Shown here one piece after another: positions 39,227 through 49,341 of a DNA stretch of 64,000 nucleotides (the first letter of the stretch is position 1; each line of letters begins with the position of its first letter). The stretch is from Bacteriovorax sp. (GTDB lineage: Bacteria; Bdellovibrionota; Bacteriovoracia; Bacteriovoracales; Bacteriovoracaceae). Position numbers and translations under genes: made by a program. The stretch lies in contig JACMRM010000006.1 of NCBI GenBank assembly GCA_014376445.1, positions 5,634 to 69,633 on the forward strand, read 5' to 3'. The notes beneath the pieces were generated by a model that worked only from the letters and a program-made list of their open reading frames with translations, did no database searches and was not told the DNA's origin.

Positions 39227-41398
39227 TTATTTCTTTTTAGCTTTTTTGGTAGTTTTTACAACAGGAGCTTTTGCTTTTGCTTTTGTTTTTATCGTCGCCT
39301 TGGCAACTTTTACAATAGCTTTGACTACAGCTTTTGCTGGAGCTTTCGATCCACCTTTAGACTGTGCCGCTTTCATTGATGCAGAGGATTTCCTCGTTCC
39401 CTTCGCACCTTTTTTTGGCTCGGCCAGATCGCTGGCAGTAATACCTGTCGATTCTGTATCGAGTAAAAGCTCTTTTCTTAAATTTGTATCTTTACCAAAA
39501 CAAATATCAAGTGTGTTTTTTGCTGAAGACATGTCTTCAACCTGGATAATCGTGAACTCTTCACGGTTTAAAGTGTGCTTGAAGGCTTCAGGAGACATCT
39601 CACCCAGTCCCTTGTTTCTCTGAATTTCTTTAATTTTCACTGCAGATTTTTTTAGTTTTTCAAGTTGCTCTTCACTTTCAACGAATAGAGTTTCTTTATC
39701 AGTGATAACTTCGAAAAGTGGAGCTTTCGCGAACTGGATCGCTCTTTGCTCGAACATTTCCGGCCAGAATGTGAAGAAAAAATTAACTAAAAGCGTGTTG
39801 ATATGACCGCCATCCACGTCCGAGTCGGCCAGGAAAACGATTTTCGAATAACGAAGATCATCTACTACTGCTTTTACTCCAATCGTGAGTCCGATCGAAG
39901 ACATGATATCCATGAACTCCTGATTGTTAAGAACATCATTGATTGATGCCTGCATAACGTTCATCGGTTTACCTTTTAGTGCGATACCACCCTGATACAG
40001 TTTATTTCTTGCTGAACGAAGCCCGCCGATAGCAGAGTCCCCTTCGCAAATAAATAGTGTACATAGATTTCTGTCTTTTCTTTCATTGGCATCGAGAAGT
40101 TTTTCAACTCTCATTCTTTTTGCTTTTTTGCCTTTTAGAGAAGCATCTTTTAGCTCCTGAAAACGGTGGCGAGATTTAGCACGCTCAACAACCAGCTCTA
40201 AAAATTCCTTATTTTTGCGAAGAAATTTCTCGATATTGTCGGCCATGAAATGCTCGATTCCTTTCTCAAGATTTAAGTCACGGACCAACTTGCGTTTTGT
40301 CTGCGATTCAAAACGCGGATTCGGCATAGTAATGCCCATGACGAAAGTAATCCCCGTTAGAACATCGTTATCAACGACAGAAATTTTTTCTTTTTTAGCA
40401 GCGCGTTCGATCTTTTCTTTAACTGTATTAATAAAAATTCTCTTAACTCTATCGTGGTGAAATCCACCATCAAAAGTAGGGGTCGAATTCACGAAAGAAA
40501 TGAACTTCTCACGCTCTTCCGAACGCTGATCGAGAGTTAATGATAAGTGGAAATCGATTTTCCCTTTCACTTTTTTCCCTTTAGCGTTTTCTGCTTCGTA
40601 AATGTAGATATCTTCACCGATAAGCTGAGCACTTTTCGGGTCGATTCTTAAAGCAAGCTCAAAAAGTCCTTTTTTGAAGTGGTATTTTTCACCGTTAAAA
40701 TAGAACGTTAACCCCGGATTGTTATACGCTAAATCGATGATGCGTTTTCTAAGTAAATCCTCAGAAATTTCGTTGTTTTTATAAACTTCTTTCGAAAGTG
40801 TAAGCGTAACACTTACACCTGAAGCCCCTTTGAAAGGCTTTGGTTTTGTTTTTTTAGTTGTAAGCGCGCCGTTGATGAATTCATAAGTCTGCTCCATCTT
40901 AGAATTATAATGCTTAACAGTTGCGACAAAAATGTCTGAAGTAAGACACGTTGCCGCAGCTCCAAGACCATTTTGTCCGAGAGTTCTGTAAAGAAATCCC
41001 TTCTCATCCGTCTCTTCATCTTTGAATTTAGAACCAGTTCTGAATTCAGTGTAAACCTGCGCGACTTTATCGACAGGAAAACCAATTCCGTTATCCGTGA
41101 CTGTCACTGTCTTTTTATCAGTTGAAAGCTTCGTGTGAATTTCAGTAACGTGACCGCGGTAATACTCGTCGATACTGTTATCTAAAATCTCTTCAACGGC
41201 CTTAGATTTTGCCTGGTGAAACTTAATGGTTTTGAATTCAATACCATTAGGCTTATAAATATAGGCTTCAAGGTCTTCTACGTCGTTACTTCCGAAGACT
41301 AATGTGACACGGTTTCTTACGTGCCAGCGTTGATCTTTACTTTCAATCAAAGCGTCTTTGGTGCTGCCTTTTCTGACAACTGGGCCTACACTACTCAT
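39227..41398 (-). CDS. Type IIA DNA topoisomerase, B (ATPase/TOPRIM) subunit with basic tail
   Basis: GHKL motifs EILDNSIDE, DNGIGFP and GQNGLG. PRFESQTK, then TOPRIM motifs EGDSA, LKGK, DSDVDG.HI and KGLGEM. Confidence 0.92.
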   Translation of the reverse strand: MSSVGPVVRKGSTKDALIESKDQRWHVRNRVTLVFGSNDVEDLEAYIYKPNGIEFKTIKFHQAKSKAVEEILDNSIDEYYRGHVTEIHTKLSTDKKTVTVTDNGIGFPVDKVAQVYTEFRTGSKFKDEETDEKGFLYRTLGQNGLGAAATCLTSDIFVATVKHYNSKMEQTYEFINGALTTKKTKPKPFKGASGVSVTLTLSKEVYKNNEISEDLLRKRIIDLAYNNPGLTFYFNGEKYHFKKGLFELALRIDPKSAQLIGEDIYIYEAENAKGKKVKGKIDFHLSLTLDQRSEEREKFISFVNSTPTFDGGFHHDRVKRIFINTVKEKIERAAKKEKISVVDNDVLTGITFVMGITMPNPRFESQTKRKLVRDLNLEKGIEHFMADNIEKFLRKNKEFLELVVERAKSRHRFQELKDASLKGKKAKRMRVEKLLDANERKDRNLCTLFICEGDSAIGGLRSARNKLYQGGIALKGKPMNVMQASINDVLNNQEFMDIMSSIGLTIGVKAVVDDLRYSKIVFLADSDVDGGHINTLLVNFFFTFWPEMFEQRAIQFAKAPLFEVITDKETLFVESEEQLEKLKKSAVKIKEIQRNKGLGEMSPEAFKHTLNREEFTIIQVEDMSSAKNTLDICFGKDTNLRKELLLDTESTGITASDLAEPKKGAKGTRKSSASMKAAQSKGGSKAPAKAVVKAIVKVAKATIKTKAKAKAPVVKTTKKAKKK

Positions 41399-41492
41399 TA
41401 TGCATCCTTTTCAATCTCTAAATATTGGGAAATAATAGTCACTAATCTCGACTAGGTTAAAGACCCAACAAGGTCTTAAAAAGGTACAGCGC

Positions 41493-42110
41493 ATAAAAAA
41501 TCTTACATATTGCACCGCTCTTATCTTGACGGGAATCGTCTCATTTTCCCTCTGTGCGGAGGAGTTAAATCGTAACGTTTTGCCATATAAAAAAAAATTA
41601 AAAGAAAAAATTTTTGAAGGGGAAATATTCTCCGAATCTCATGTAAAAAGTTCAACTATTAGCAATAAAAAAATCCAGAATCTAAATTTCTCTATCGCAG
41701 GTCTGCACGAAAAAAGCTGTGTTTATGCCCTAAAAACCCTCTCTCTGTACGAAAGTTATTCAAAGCTTCTGGATTTCGTCAAAGAAAGCACTTATAACGA
41801 GAAAACACAGGAGTTAAATTTTCAGCTGAAACACGTCCTTCTTCCCTATGATATGCTCCTTATTTTTAAACTTCCGCGCATTACAAAAGAGGGTGCTTAT
41901 CCCTTCGTATTTGAGCAGGGAATTTTGAAAGATTTAAAGGGCACAATCTACGCCATTAATTATCAAAATCGCTGCCTCTTTTATTCGACTGCCGCATGGG
42001 CGGGACCATCAACGGGTTTTCCCGATATAATTTTCGAATTTTTCTCACAAACACTTGCTAAATTAACTATGGAAAAACTGTTTAGGATTTCTTCCACGCT
42101 TAGTCATTGA
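41493..42110 (+). CDS. Secreted hypothetical protein, start uncertain (ATA 41493 or TTG 41526)
   Basis: Frame is open upstream of 41526 and gives a complete signal peptide (IKNLTYCTALILTGIVSFSLCA|EE). Confidence 0.6.
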   Translation: MKNLTYCTALILTGIVSFSLCAEELNRNVLPYKKKLKEKIFEGEIFSESHVKSSTISNKKIQNLNFSIAGLHEKSCVYALKTLSLYESYSKLLDFVKESTYNEKTQELNFQLKHVLLPYDMLLIFKLPRITKEGAYPFVFEQGILKDLKGTIYAINYQNRCLFYSTAAWAGPSTGFPDIIFEFFSQTLAKLTMEKLFRISSTLSH

Positions 42111-42111
42111 C

Positions 42112-42138
42112 CAAAACAAAAAATGACAACGCCGATAA
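42112..42138 (+). promoter_or_regulatory. sigma28 (FliA)-type promoter
   Basis: CAAA-N15-GCCGATAA, 19 bp before the GNAT ATG. Confidence 0.55.
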
Positions 42139-42157
42139 AGCATATTATAAAATTTTC

Positions 42158-42598
42158 ATGAAAGTTTTAAGATTAAATGCCTCGGACACATACCCGATTA
42201 GACAACAGGTTCTGATTCCGAATCATGATCCCAAAAAAGTAAAATTCGAATTCGATGATGATGACGATGTTTCTTTTCACCTGGGCGCTTTTGAAGATTC
42301 TAAACTCGTCTCTGTGGCCTCATTTTTCTATGAAATAAACAATTTGTTCAAAGACCAACACCAATACCAGCTCCGCGGCATGGCAACACTTCCAGAGTTC
42401 CAAGGACGCGGTTTAAGCTCAGAACTTCTCAACATGGCCTTCCCAATTATCAAGCAAAATTTCTGCACACTTCTTTGGTGTAATGCCCGCACAACAGCAG
42501 TGGGTTATTATGAAAAAGTTGGATTTCAAAAACTCGATGAAAACGTTTTTGAGATTGAAGGGATTGGTCCGCACATTCTAATGTTCAAAAATATCTAG
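42158..42598 (+). CDS. GNAT-family N-acetyltransferase
   Basis: QLRGMATLPEFQGRGLS acetyl-CoA motif and LWCNAR..A.GYYEKVGF. Confidence 0.92.
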   Translation: MKVLRLNASDTYPIRQQVLIPNHDPKKVKFEFDDDDDVSFHLGAFEDSKLVSVASFFYEINNLFKDQHQYQLRGMATLPEFQGRGLSSELLNMAFPIIKQNFCTLLWCNARTTAVGYYEKVGFQKLDENVFEIEGIGPHILMFKNI

Positions 42599-42628
42599 AT
42601 TCATTAAACATTTTTAAATATCTTAAAC

Positions 42629-42874
42629 TTGAAAAAGAGATCCCTCAGTTTATTGAAGTTATCAAAGTTGAATCTACAAAAAAATTTAAAAAAATTTTTA
42701 GCAAGTCCTAAAATTGACACAATTATTTTATTCAATGAATTGCGATTACAATTACATGATGTAGGTTTTGGGTCCGATTTTAGTGACTTTGAAAAAAATT
42801 ACCAAGATTATGGACATGAAAAAGTTTACTTTAATGAAAGAAATCAGGTCATACAGCGGATGAAGATCTTTTAA
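42629..42874 (+). CDS. Hypothetical protein (doubtful)
   Basis: 81-aa AT-rich ORF filling a gap. No clear SD or motif. Confidence 0.3.
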   Translation: MKKRSLSLLKLSKLNLQKNLKKFLASPKIDTIILFNELRLQLHDVGFGSDFSDFEKNYQDYGHEKVYFNERNQVIQRMKIF

Positions 42875-42877
42875 AGT

Positions 42878-43222
42878 TTATGTTTTCGGGTAACAAAATC
42901 TTTTTTTAGCCAAAGACTCGATCACTTCATAATTTTTCTGAGCACAATTAATTTTTGTAGGGAATTTTTTCAAGGGCGCACAAGGATAAGGCTCAATCTT
43001 TTTTTCTATCGCTTCTTTGCGTTTTTCATTGCACTTATTATAACCGTCTTCATCGACACATGCATAGGCAATGCGAGCACAGTCATAGATCAAATCATTA
43101 CCGGCCTTGTAGTCATCATTCACCTGATAATTGGATTTTTTTTCCGTCAGTGCTTCATCTTCCTGAGCATGGCCCTGGATAGAAAACAACACCGTCAATA
43201 AAACTAAAAATTTTATGAACAT
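42878..43222 (-). CDS. Small secreted Cys-rich hypothetical protein
   Basis: Signal peptide (…GHA|QE) and six Cys in the mature part. Confidence 0.75.
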   Translation of the reverse strand: MFIKFLVLLTVLFSIQGHAQEDEALTEKKSNYQVNDDYKAGNDLIYDCARIAYACVDEDGYNKCNEKRKEAIEKKIEPYPCAPLKKFPTKINCAQKNYEVIESLAKKRFCYPKT

Positions 43223-43467
43223 TATTTCTCGGCTTTTTCGTCAGCTCTAATTTTTTTCATCGCAAACTCACGGATCTCTTTTAATTCTTTTAGCTCAAGT
43301 TCAAAAAACATATGAGAAGCAGATACTTTTGGAAGAGATTTTCCAAAACTCATTTCATCTTCAAAAGACTTGATACGATTGTTTAAACTGTTTCTGATCG
43401 TTCTCATCTGCTTTGGAGTCTTTTCCTTAAAGCTGTCTTTTAATTCTTTTACGCGGTCATTTGCCAT
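43222..43467 (-). CDS. Small helical hypothetical protein
   Basis: AAGGGA SD, charged coiled-coil-like sequence, coupled to the downstream gene. Confidence 0.7.
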   Translation of the reverse strand: MANDRVKELKDSFKEKTPKQMRTIRNSLNNRIKSFEDEMSFGKSLPKVSASHMFFELELKELKEIREFAMKKIRADEKAEK

Positions 43468-43485
43468 GTTCTCATCCCTTAAATC

Positions 43486-44391
43486 TTAAAGCCATAATAG
43501 TAGAAAATATCTTCCGCCCAGTTTTAGACCTTCGATGCCAATTGTGAAAGCTAAAAATAAGAAAGCGAGAGAAAAATACTTGGTGTGCAGGTGTCCCCAC
43601 TTTTCAGGAGCTTTATAGATGGCAAAAAGCATCCCGACGAAGAGCCCGCCGGCGTGTGCAGCATTGGCAATCGGTCCTAAAAATCCTGTCAGACACAACA
43701 AAAGCCATCCAACCATGATGGTGATATCCCTAGCGGGAAGAGCGTATTCAAAATCATGATGAATTTTTTTATAAACCCAGACAAATCCCAGCATGCCATA
43801 CAGGACACCAGACATTCCTCCGAATTCCGGACCGCTTACGCAGTATTGGAATAAATTGGAGATCACTCCGCTTATGCCAATCAAGGCAAAAAGATTATTT
43901 TTACCAAAACGGTTTTCAATTAAATAACCCAGGTCTTTAAACCAGAGCATATTAAATAAAATGTGCAAAATACTCAAGTGAACAAAAATCGGAGTGATTA
44001 ATCTCCATAATTGCCCGTGAGAAACTTCATAGAGAAATCCTGTTTCAGGGCTGCCCATGAAAAGCACTGACTGCAGATGTTTTCCCATTTCTGTGTAAGC
44101 AGTAATGACATAGAGAACTGCGCACCCAATAGTGATCGCATAAGTCACAGGCCCTCTCGGAAGTTCTTTAATCTTCACCCATTCCTGATCCACTTCAATT
44201 GGCTTTCTGAAACCCATCTTTACGCGGAAATAATCCTGCGCTTTCGGCAGATCTTCCGCTGTCTCGACAGTGAGAAAATAAATATCCTCTTTTTCGATAT
44301 GACGAACTTCTGCAAAGACGCCCATGCCCTGCAGTTCATCTTTCATTGTATGGATCATTTTTTTATCGCGAAGTTCGCCGACAACTAACAT
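43486..44391 (-). CDS. glpG: Rhomboid intramembrane serine protease (GlpG-like)
   Basis: WRLITPIFVH...HILFNMLW, FGGMSGVLYG (catalytic Ser) and ANAAHAGG (catalytic His). Soluble N-terminal domain. Confidence 0.88.
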   Translation of the reverse strand: MLVVGELRDKKMIHTMKDELQGMGVFAEVRHIEKEDIYFLTVETAEDLPKAQDYFRVKMGFRKPIEVDQEWVKIKELPRGPVTYAITIGCAVLYVITAYTEMGKHLQSVLFMGSPETGFLYEVSHGQLWRLITPIFVHLSILHILFNMLWFKDLGYLIENRFGKNNLFALIGISGVISNLFQYCVSGPEFGGMSGVLYGMLGFVWVYKKIHHDFEYALPARDITIMVGWLLLCLTGFLGPIANAAHAGGLFVGMLFAIYKAPEKWGHLHTKYFSLAFLFLAFTIGIEGLKLGGRYFLLLWL

Positions 44392-44399
44392 AATTTTTC

Positions 44400-45236
44400 C
44401 TAATTATAAGCTTCGATCAGATCTCCTGAGATCTCACCGTCTTTTGTAGCAAGAGAGCGTTTAAGTGCTTCGACGATTCCCAATTTAACTTTGACATCAA
44501 AATACCATTATCATCGAAAAATCTAGGCTTCAAGGTCGGGTTGGCATTACTGTTTGTAGCAATTGTAAAAAACTAAAATTGATCTTATTTTTTCGATCTC
44601 GCTGACATCGGCGTGAATACTCGCAATCTGCTCGGTAAAATTCACTGAGCGAGAATTTCCACTTTTGTACCCGGCCTTTCTAGCTGCACGGGCGGCCATG
44701 TTCGCTTCAAGAGCAGTATCTCCGGAACCTGCCAGAAACCACGTACTCATGACCTTCATTAAATCCGGATACTCTAAAAGATTATCCATGAATGAATTAT
44801 TGATTGCATCCACCATGGCCTTATCATCAACGAGAGAGTCATTAAGTTTTTTCTGAACAGCATTTTCAACATCAAAGTATATGACATCTGGTTTTATAGT
44901 TTTATCTGTTTCCATCAACGTCACAAAAGTTCTATTATTGAAATCTGTTGTCGATTCGGCCTGATACTTAACTTTAAATTTTTGAGCGTTGCGGGCACCC
45001 CAACGCGTACTGACAGGTTCGTCGCTAAGTTTCTTAGCTATTGCATTTTCTGTTCTTGTAAGTACAGGTGATGTTTCAGGCGCTTCATTTTTTACTGTAT
45101 TTTTGGAAGAATCATTTGCCGCCACTCTTCGCATTGCCGCTTCAAGCGCCGTTTCAAATTGTGGACAATTGGCCACTGCATTCAGCGAAAAAATCGCAAT
45201 CAAGAGGATGATTAAATAATTCAGCTTTGCATTCAT
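44400..45236 (-). pseudogene. Fragmented secreted-protein gene
   Basis: ORF 45236-44547 has a signal peptide and ends abruptly. Protein-like segments continue in other frames (IATNSNANPTLKPRFFDDNG; FDVKVKLGIVEALKRSLATKDGEISGDLIEAYN*) to a stop at 44400. Confidence 0.55.
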
Positions 45237-45415
45237 AAGTGATTCACTCGGGAACAATATTGTTACTGCTAAATTTATCGGTTTTTCAGATAAATTTGTG
45301 AGCAAAACTTCTTTTTTCATTGAGTGGGTGCGAAATAGGTTTATTTTTGACGTATTTTAGGATACGCTCACGCCAGACAGTTAATATATAGCGGAAATGA
45401 ACAGGAAATTCTCCT

Positions 45416-45865
45416 ATGTTAAAGATTAATAAGAAAGTTGAATACGCGCTGATGGCATTAAAATTTATGGCCGACAAAAACGATTTGACCCCCTTGGTTT
45501 CAGCTCGAGAGATCTGTGATGCCTTTCATACGCCTTTTGATACAACTGCAAAAGTCATGCAGGTTATGAACAACCACGACATCTTAAAATCTGTTAAAGG
45601 AATCAAGGGCGGCTACTCGCTTAACAAATCTCTTTCAAGCATAACGTATATGGAACTGGTTCAGATGATCGAAGGCCGTGAAGAAATCGGACGCGTCTGC
45701 ACTGGCCACAAAGGGACTTGCGAGCTTTTAGGAAAATGTAACATCTCTACTCCTGTAGAAAATTTAAATAAGAAGTTAAACTCTTTTCTCGAAAACTTAA
45801 CTCTCTCAGAACTCCTGCAAGGCACTGAGTTCAACAAACCTAAAAATTTAGAGGTGCGTGTATGA
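45416..45865 (+). CDS. Rrf2-family transcriptional regulator (IscR-like, three Cys)
   Basis: [18 protein letters not shown] and C-x6-C-x5-C. Heads the suf operon. Confidence 0.9.
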   Translation: MLKINKKVEYALMALKFMADKNDLTPLVSAREICDAFHTPFDTTAKVMQVMNNHDILKSVKGIKGGYSLNKSLSSITYMELVQMIEGREEIGRVCTGHKGTCELLGKCNISTPVENLNKKLNSFLENLTLSELLQGTEFNKPKNLEVRV

Positions 45866-47292
45866 GCACAGACATTTTAAACTCTGATTATAAATACGGA
45901 TTTTTTACAGATATCGAAACTGAAGCTTTCCCAAAGGGACTTTCCGAAGACATCGTAAGAATGATTTCAGCTAAAAAAGAAGAGCCCACATGGCTTCTTG
46001 ATTTCAGACTGAAGGCCTATGCTCACTGGCTGAAGATGGCGACTCCAAAATGGGCCCATCTGGAAATTCCGGAAATAGATTACCAGGCGCCTTATTATTA
46101 TTCAGCACCGAAGAAAAAAGTGGATGCAGTCGGCAGTCTCGATGAAATCGACCCTGAACTTCTGGCAACATTTGCAAAATTAGGAATTCCACTTAACGAA
46201 CAAAAACGTATTTCCGGTGTTGCCGTTGATGCAGTATTTGATTCAGTTTCAGTTGCGACCACGCACAAAGCTGAGCTTGAAAAAGTTGGTGTCATTTTCT
46301 GCTCGATTTCAGATGCAGTTAAAGAGCATCCTGAATTAGTCAAAAAATATCTCGGCACAGTAGTTCCTCACTCAGATAATTTTTATGCAGCTTTAAACGC
46401 AGCCGTTTTTTCTGATGGATCATTTGTCTACATTCCAAAAGGAGTGAAATGCCCGCTGGACCTTTCGACTTATTTCAGGATCAACGCCAAAGAAACGGGA
46501 CAATTTGAAAGAACATTGATCATTGCTGAAGAAGGCTCATTCGTGAACTATCTCGAAGGCTGTACAGCTCCACAAAGAGATGAAAATCAACTTCATGCTG
46601 CGATCGTTGAACTAGTGGCGATGGACAACGCTGAAATAAAATACTCTACAGTCCAGAACTGGTACGCCGGTGATAAAAATGGATTGGGCGGAATTTATAA
46701 CTTCGTTACCAAACGCGGAAACTGTCTTGGAAAAAATTCAAAAATTTCCTGGACGCAGGTTGAGGCCGGATCAGCAATCACATGGAAATATCCATCATGT
46801 AATTTGATTGGTGATAACTCTGAAGGTGCTTTTTATTCAGTAGCATTGACGAATAATTTCATGCAGGCAGATACCGGAACAAAAATGATTCACATTGGTA
46901 AAAATACCAAGTCGACAATTATTTCGAAAGGGATTTCTGCTGAACAATCGGTAAACAATTACCGCGGTCTTGTTAAAATCAGTCCATCAGCATCGGGAGC
47001 ACGAAACTACTCTCAATGCGATTCAATGTTGATTGGAAGCAAGGCACGCGCGAATACATTTCCGTATATTGATGTAAAAAATAATACAGCGATCGTTGAA
47101 CACGAAGCTTCGACTTCGAGAATTTCTGAAGAACAGTTGTTTTACCTACAGTCTCGAGGACTCTCGGAAGAAAAATGTATTTCAATGATCGTGAATGGAT
47201 TTTGTAAAGATGTCTTCAAGGAACTTCCACTAGAGTTTGCAGTTGAAGCAGTAAAATTAATTGAAATGAAATTAGAAAATAGCATCGGATAG
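45862..47292 (+). CDS. sufB: Fe-S cluster assembly protein SufB
   Basis: [47 protein letters not shown] and EHEASTS motifs. Confidence 0.97.
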   Translation: MSTDILNSDYKYGFFTDIETEAFPKGLSEDIVRMISAKKEEPTWLLDFRLKAYAHWLKMATPKWAHLEIPEIDYQAPYYYSAPKKKVDAVGSLDEIDPELLATFAKLGIPLNEQKRISGVAVDAVFDSVSVATTHKAELEKVGVIFCSISDAVKEHPELVKKYLGTVVPHSDNFYAALNAAVFSDGSFVYIPKGVKCPLDLSTYFRINAKETGQFERTLIIAEEGSFVNYLEGCTAPQRDENQLHAAIVELVAMDNAEIKYSTVQNWYAGDKNGLGGIYNFVTKRGNCLGKNSKISWTQVEAGSAITWKYPSCNLIGDNSEGAFYSVALTNNFMQADTGTKMIHIGKNTKSTIISKGISAEQSVNNYRGLVKISPSASGARNYSQCDSMLIGSKARANTFPYIDVKNNTAIVEHEASTSRISEEQLFYLQSRGLSEEKCISMIVNGFCKDVFKELPLEFAVEAVKLIEMKLENSIG

Positions 47293-47304
47293 CTAAGGGA
47301 AATT

Positions 47305-48075
47305 ATGATTGAAATTAAAAATCTTCATGCCAGAATCGGCGATAAAGAAATCTTAAAAGGAATTAATTTAACAGTTAATGCCGGTGAAGTGCACGCGATT
47401 ATGGGGCCAAACGGTTCTGGTAAAAGCACACTTTCAAAAGTGATTGCAGGGCACCCTTCTTACGAAGTGTCTTCTGGCTCGATCACATACAAAATTAATT
47501 CGAAGGACAGAGATCTCTTCGAACTTGAAGCAGATGAGCGTGCAAAAAGCGGAATATTTTTAGGCTTTCAATACCCGGTAGAAATCCCGGGAGTTTCAAA
47601 CTTCACTTTCCTTCTTGAATCATTCAACGAGATCTGTAAGTTTAACGGGGCCCCTGAAATGAATTCTGAAGACTTCAGAAAATTTCTTAAACCGAAATTA
47701 GAACTTTTAGAAATGAACGAAGCTTTCCTTGACCGTCCGGTGAACACTGGATTTTCAGGTGGAGAAAAAAAGAAAAACGAAATTCTTCAAATGGCGGTTT
47801 TAAATCCACGTCTCGCTCTTTTAGATGAGACAGATTCTGGTCTTGATATCGATGCACTGAAAATTGTTGCTAAAGGTGTTAACTCACTTAAAAGTCGCTT
47901 CAATGCAACGATTCTGGTGACTCACTATCAACGTTTATTGGATTTTATCGTTCCTGATCATGTTCATGTTTTATACCAGGGACAAATTATTAGAAGCGGC
48001 GGAAAAGAGCTAGCTCTTGAATTGGAAGAAAAAGGTTATGAGTGGTTAATTAAAGAACACTCTGAGAAAAAATAA
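47305..48075 (+). CDS. sufC: Fe-S cluster assembly ATPase SufC
   Basis: HAIMGPNGSGKST, FQYPVEIPGV, GFSGGEKK, LDETDSGLDIDAL and THYQRLL motifs. Confidence 0.97.
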   Translation: MIEIKNLHARIGDKEILKGINLTVNAGEVHAIMGPNGSGKSTLSKVIAGHPSYEVSSGSITYKINSKDRDLFELEADERAKSGIFLGFQYPVEIPGVSNFTFLLESFNEICKFNGAPEMNSEDFRKFLKPKLELLEMNEAFLDRPVNTGFSGGEKKKNEILQMAVLNPRLALLDETDSGLDIDALKIVAKGVNSLKSRFNATILVTHYQRLLDFIVPDHVHVLYQGQIIRSGGKELALELEEKGYEWLIKEHSEKK

Positions 48076-49341
48076 ATGGAACAAGTACTATTAAACGAGC
48101 TTATTAAGAATACCGCCGAAGTTTACAAAAATACCAGTGAACTTGGGGCGAGCTATAACGAAGCCATGAAGAATGCTCTCGAAAAATTTAAAGCTCAGGG
48201 AATTCCTACAAAGAAAAATGAAGACTGGATTTACACGAATATTTCGAAAAATCTTGCGCCCAGATTTTTTGCAAGACATTCTGAGATCGTTCAGGATATT
48301 CCTGCCCAGGTAATTGACCGCCGTGGGATGATCATTTTCAACAATGGCGTGTTTAACCGTCATCAGTCTGTACTTCCTGAAGGAATAGTCATTGACCAGC
48401 AGGTTGCTTCAACTGATTTTTTTGATTCATTTGATACTCTGAATTTTTCAGTGTCTCTATCACCTCTCTTTATAAAAATCATAAAGAATACTATTTTAGA
48501 TTTTCCGGTTACGATAGTTCACTTGGTGGACGATGCCGGTGTTAATAAAATTATTTCGCCACGAATTACAGTGAATGCCGAAGAGTTTACGAAAGTTTCA
48601 ATTGTTGAAATCTTTACTTCAACAAAAAATTCGATTTTCCAATACACGACAAACAGTTCAGTAAACTTTAACTTAAAGGATAGGGCCTTTGTTGAGCATG
48701 TTAAAATTCAGATTGAGGCAGCCGCTTCAACACACATTGGATTAACAAAAGCAGTTGTTGCTGGTCACGCTCAATTTAAGTCTATGACAATTGACCTGGG
48801 AGTTTTCACTTCACGCCACAATATTGATGTCTCAGTGAACGGTGAAGGCGGAGAAGCTCATGTGAACGGTCTTTACGCTTTAAAAAAATCTGAGCATGCT
48901 GATATTTTTTCGGTCATTCATCATAATGCTGCTCATACTAACTCGGACCAGCTGTTTAAAGGAATTCTTGCCGGAGAGTCCCGTGGTGCTTTCACCGGAA
49001 AAATCCAGATCGCAAAAGACGCTCAGCAGGTGAACTCAAATCAATTGAATAAAAATCTGATGCTTTCGAAAAAAGCTCATATTGATACACGTCCGCAGCT
49101 TTTAGTTGCAGCTGATGATGTTAAATGTGCTCACGGGGCAACAATCGGCCAGCTGTCTCCAGATGAAGAATTTTATCTGGAGTCTCGAGGGATTCAAAAA
49201 GATAAGGCAAAAAGAATGCTGTGCCACGGTTTTGCGATGGATGTTCTTTTTAAAATTGAAAATCCTAAAATTCAGAAGCTCGCTATCAAGCTTCTTGATG
49301 AAAGTTTTGAAAAAACAGCTTTAAGCGAGATGACATTATGA
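48076..49341 (+). CDS. sufD: Fe-S cluster assembly protein SufD
   Basis: EDWIYT, QLFKGIL, PQL...ADDVKCAHGATIG and FYLESRGI motifs. Confidence 0.95.
   Translation: MEQVLLNELIKNTAEVYKNTSELGASYNEAMKNALEKFKAQGIPTKKNEDWIYTNISKNLAPRFFARHSEIVQDIPAQVIDRRGMIIFNNGVFNRHQSVLPEGIVIDQQVASTDFFDSFDTLNFSVSLSPLFIKIIKNTILDFPVTIVHLVDDAGVNKIISPRITVNAEEFTKVSIVEIFTSTKNSIFQYTTNSSVNFNLKDRAFVEHVKIQIEAAASTHIGLTKAVVAGHAQFKSMTIDLGVFTSRHNIDVSVNGEGGEAHVNGLYALKKSEHADIFSVIHHNAAHTNSDQLFKGILAGESRGAFTGKIQIAKDAQQVNSNQLNKNLMLSKKAHIDTRPQLLVAADDVKCAHGATIGQLSPDEEFYLESRGIQKDKAKRMLCHGFAMDVLFKIENPKIQKLAIKLLDESFEKTALSEMTL

Noticed and set aside
37769-41398. Prophage, suggested by the T4-like topoisomerase and IHF
   Set aside because: No integrase, structural, replication or lysis genes, no att-like flanks, and no evident compositional shift.
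37769-41398. Naming these genes gyrA/gyrB or parC/parE
   Set aside because: No pinwheel CTD or GyrA box and an atypical ATP-lid. Orthology cannot be assigned without a tree.
43486-44391. Calling the rhomboid a rhombosortase
   Set aside because: It has a GlpG-like soluble N-domain and GMSG motif and is not adjacent to a CTERM substrate. The link remains only a hypothesis.
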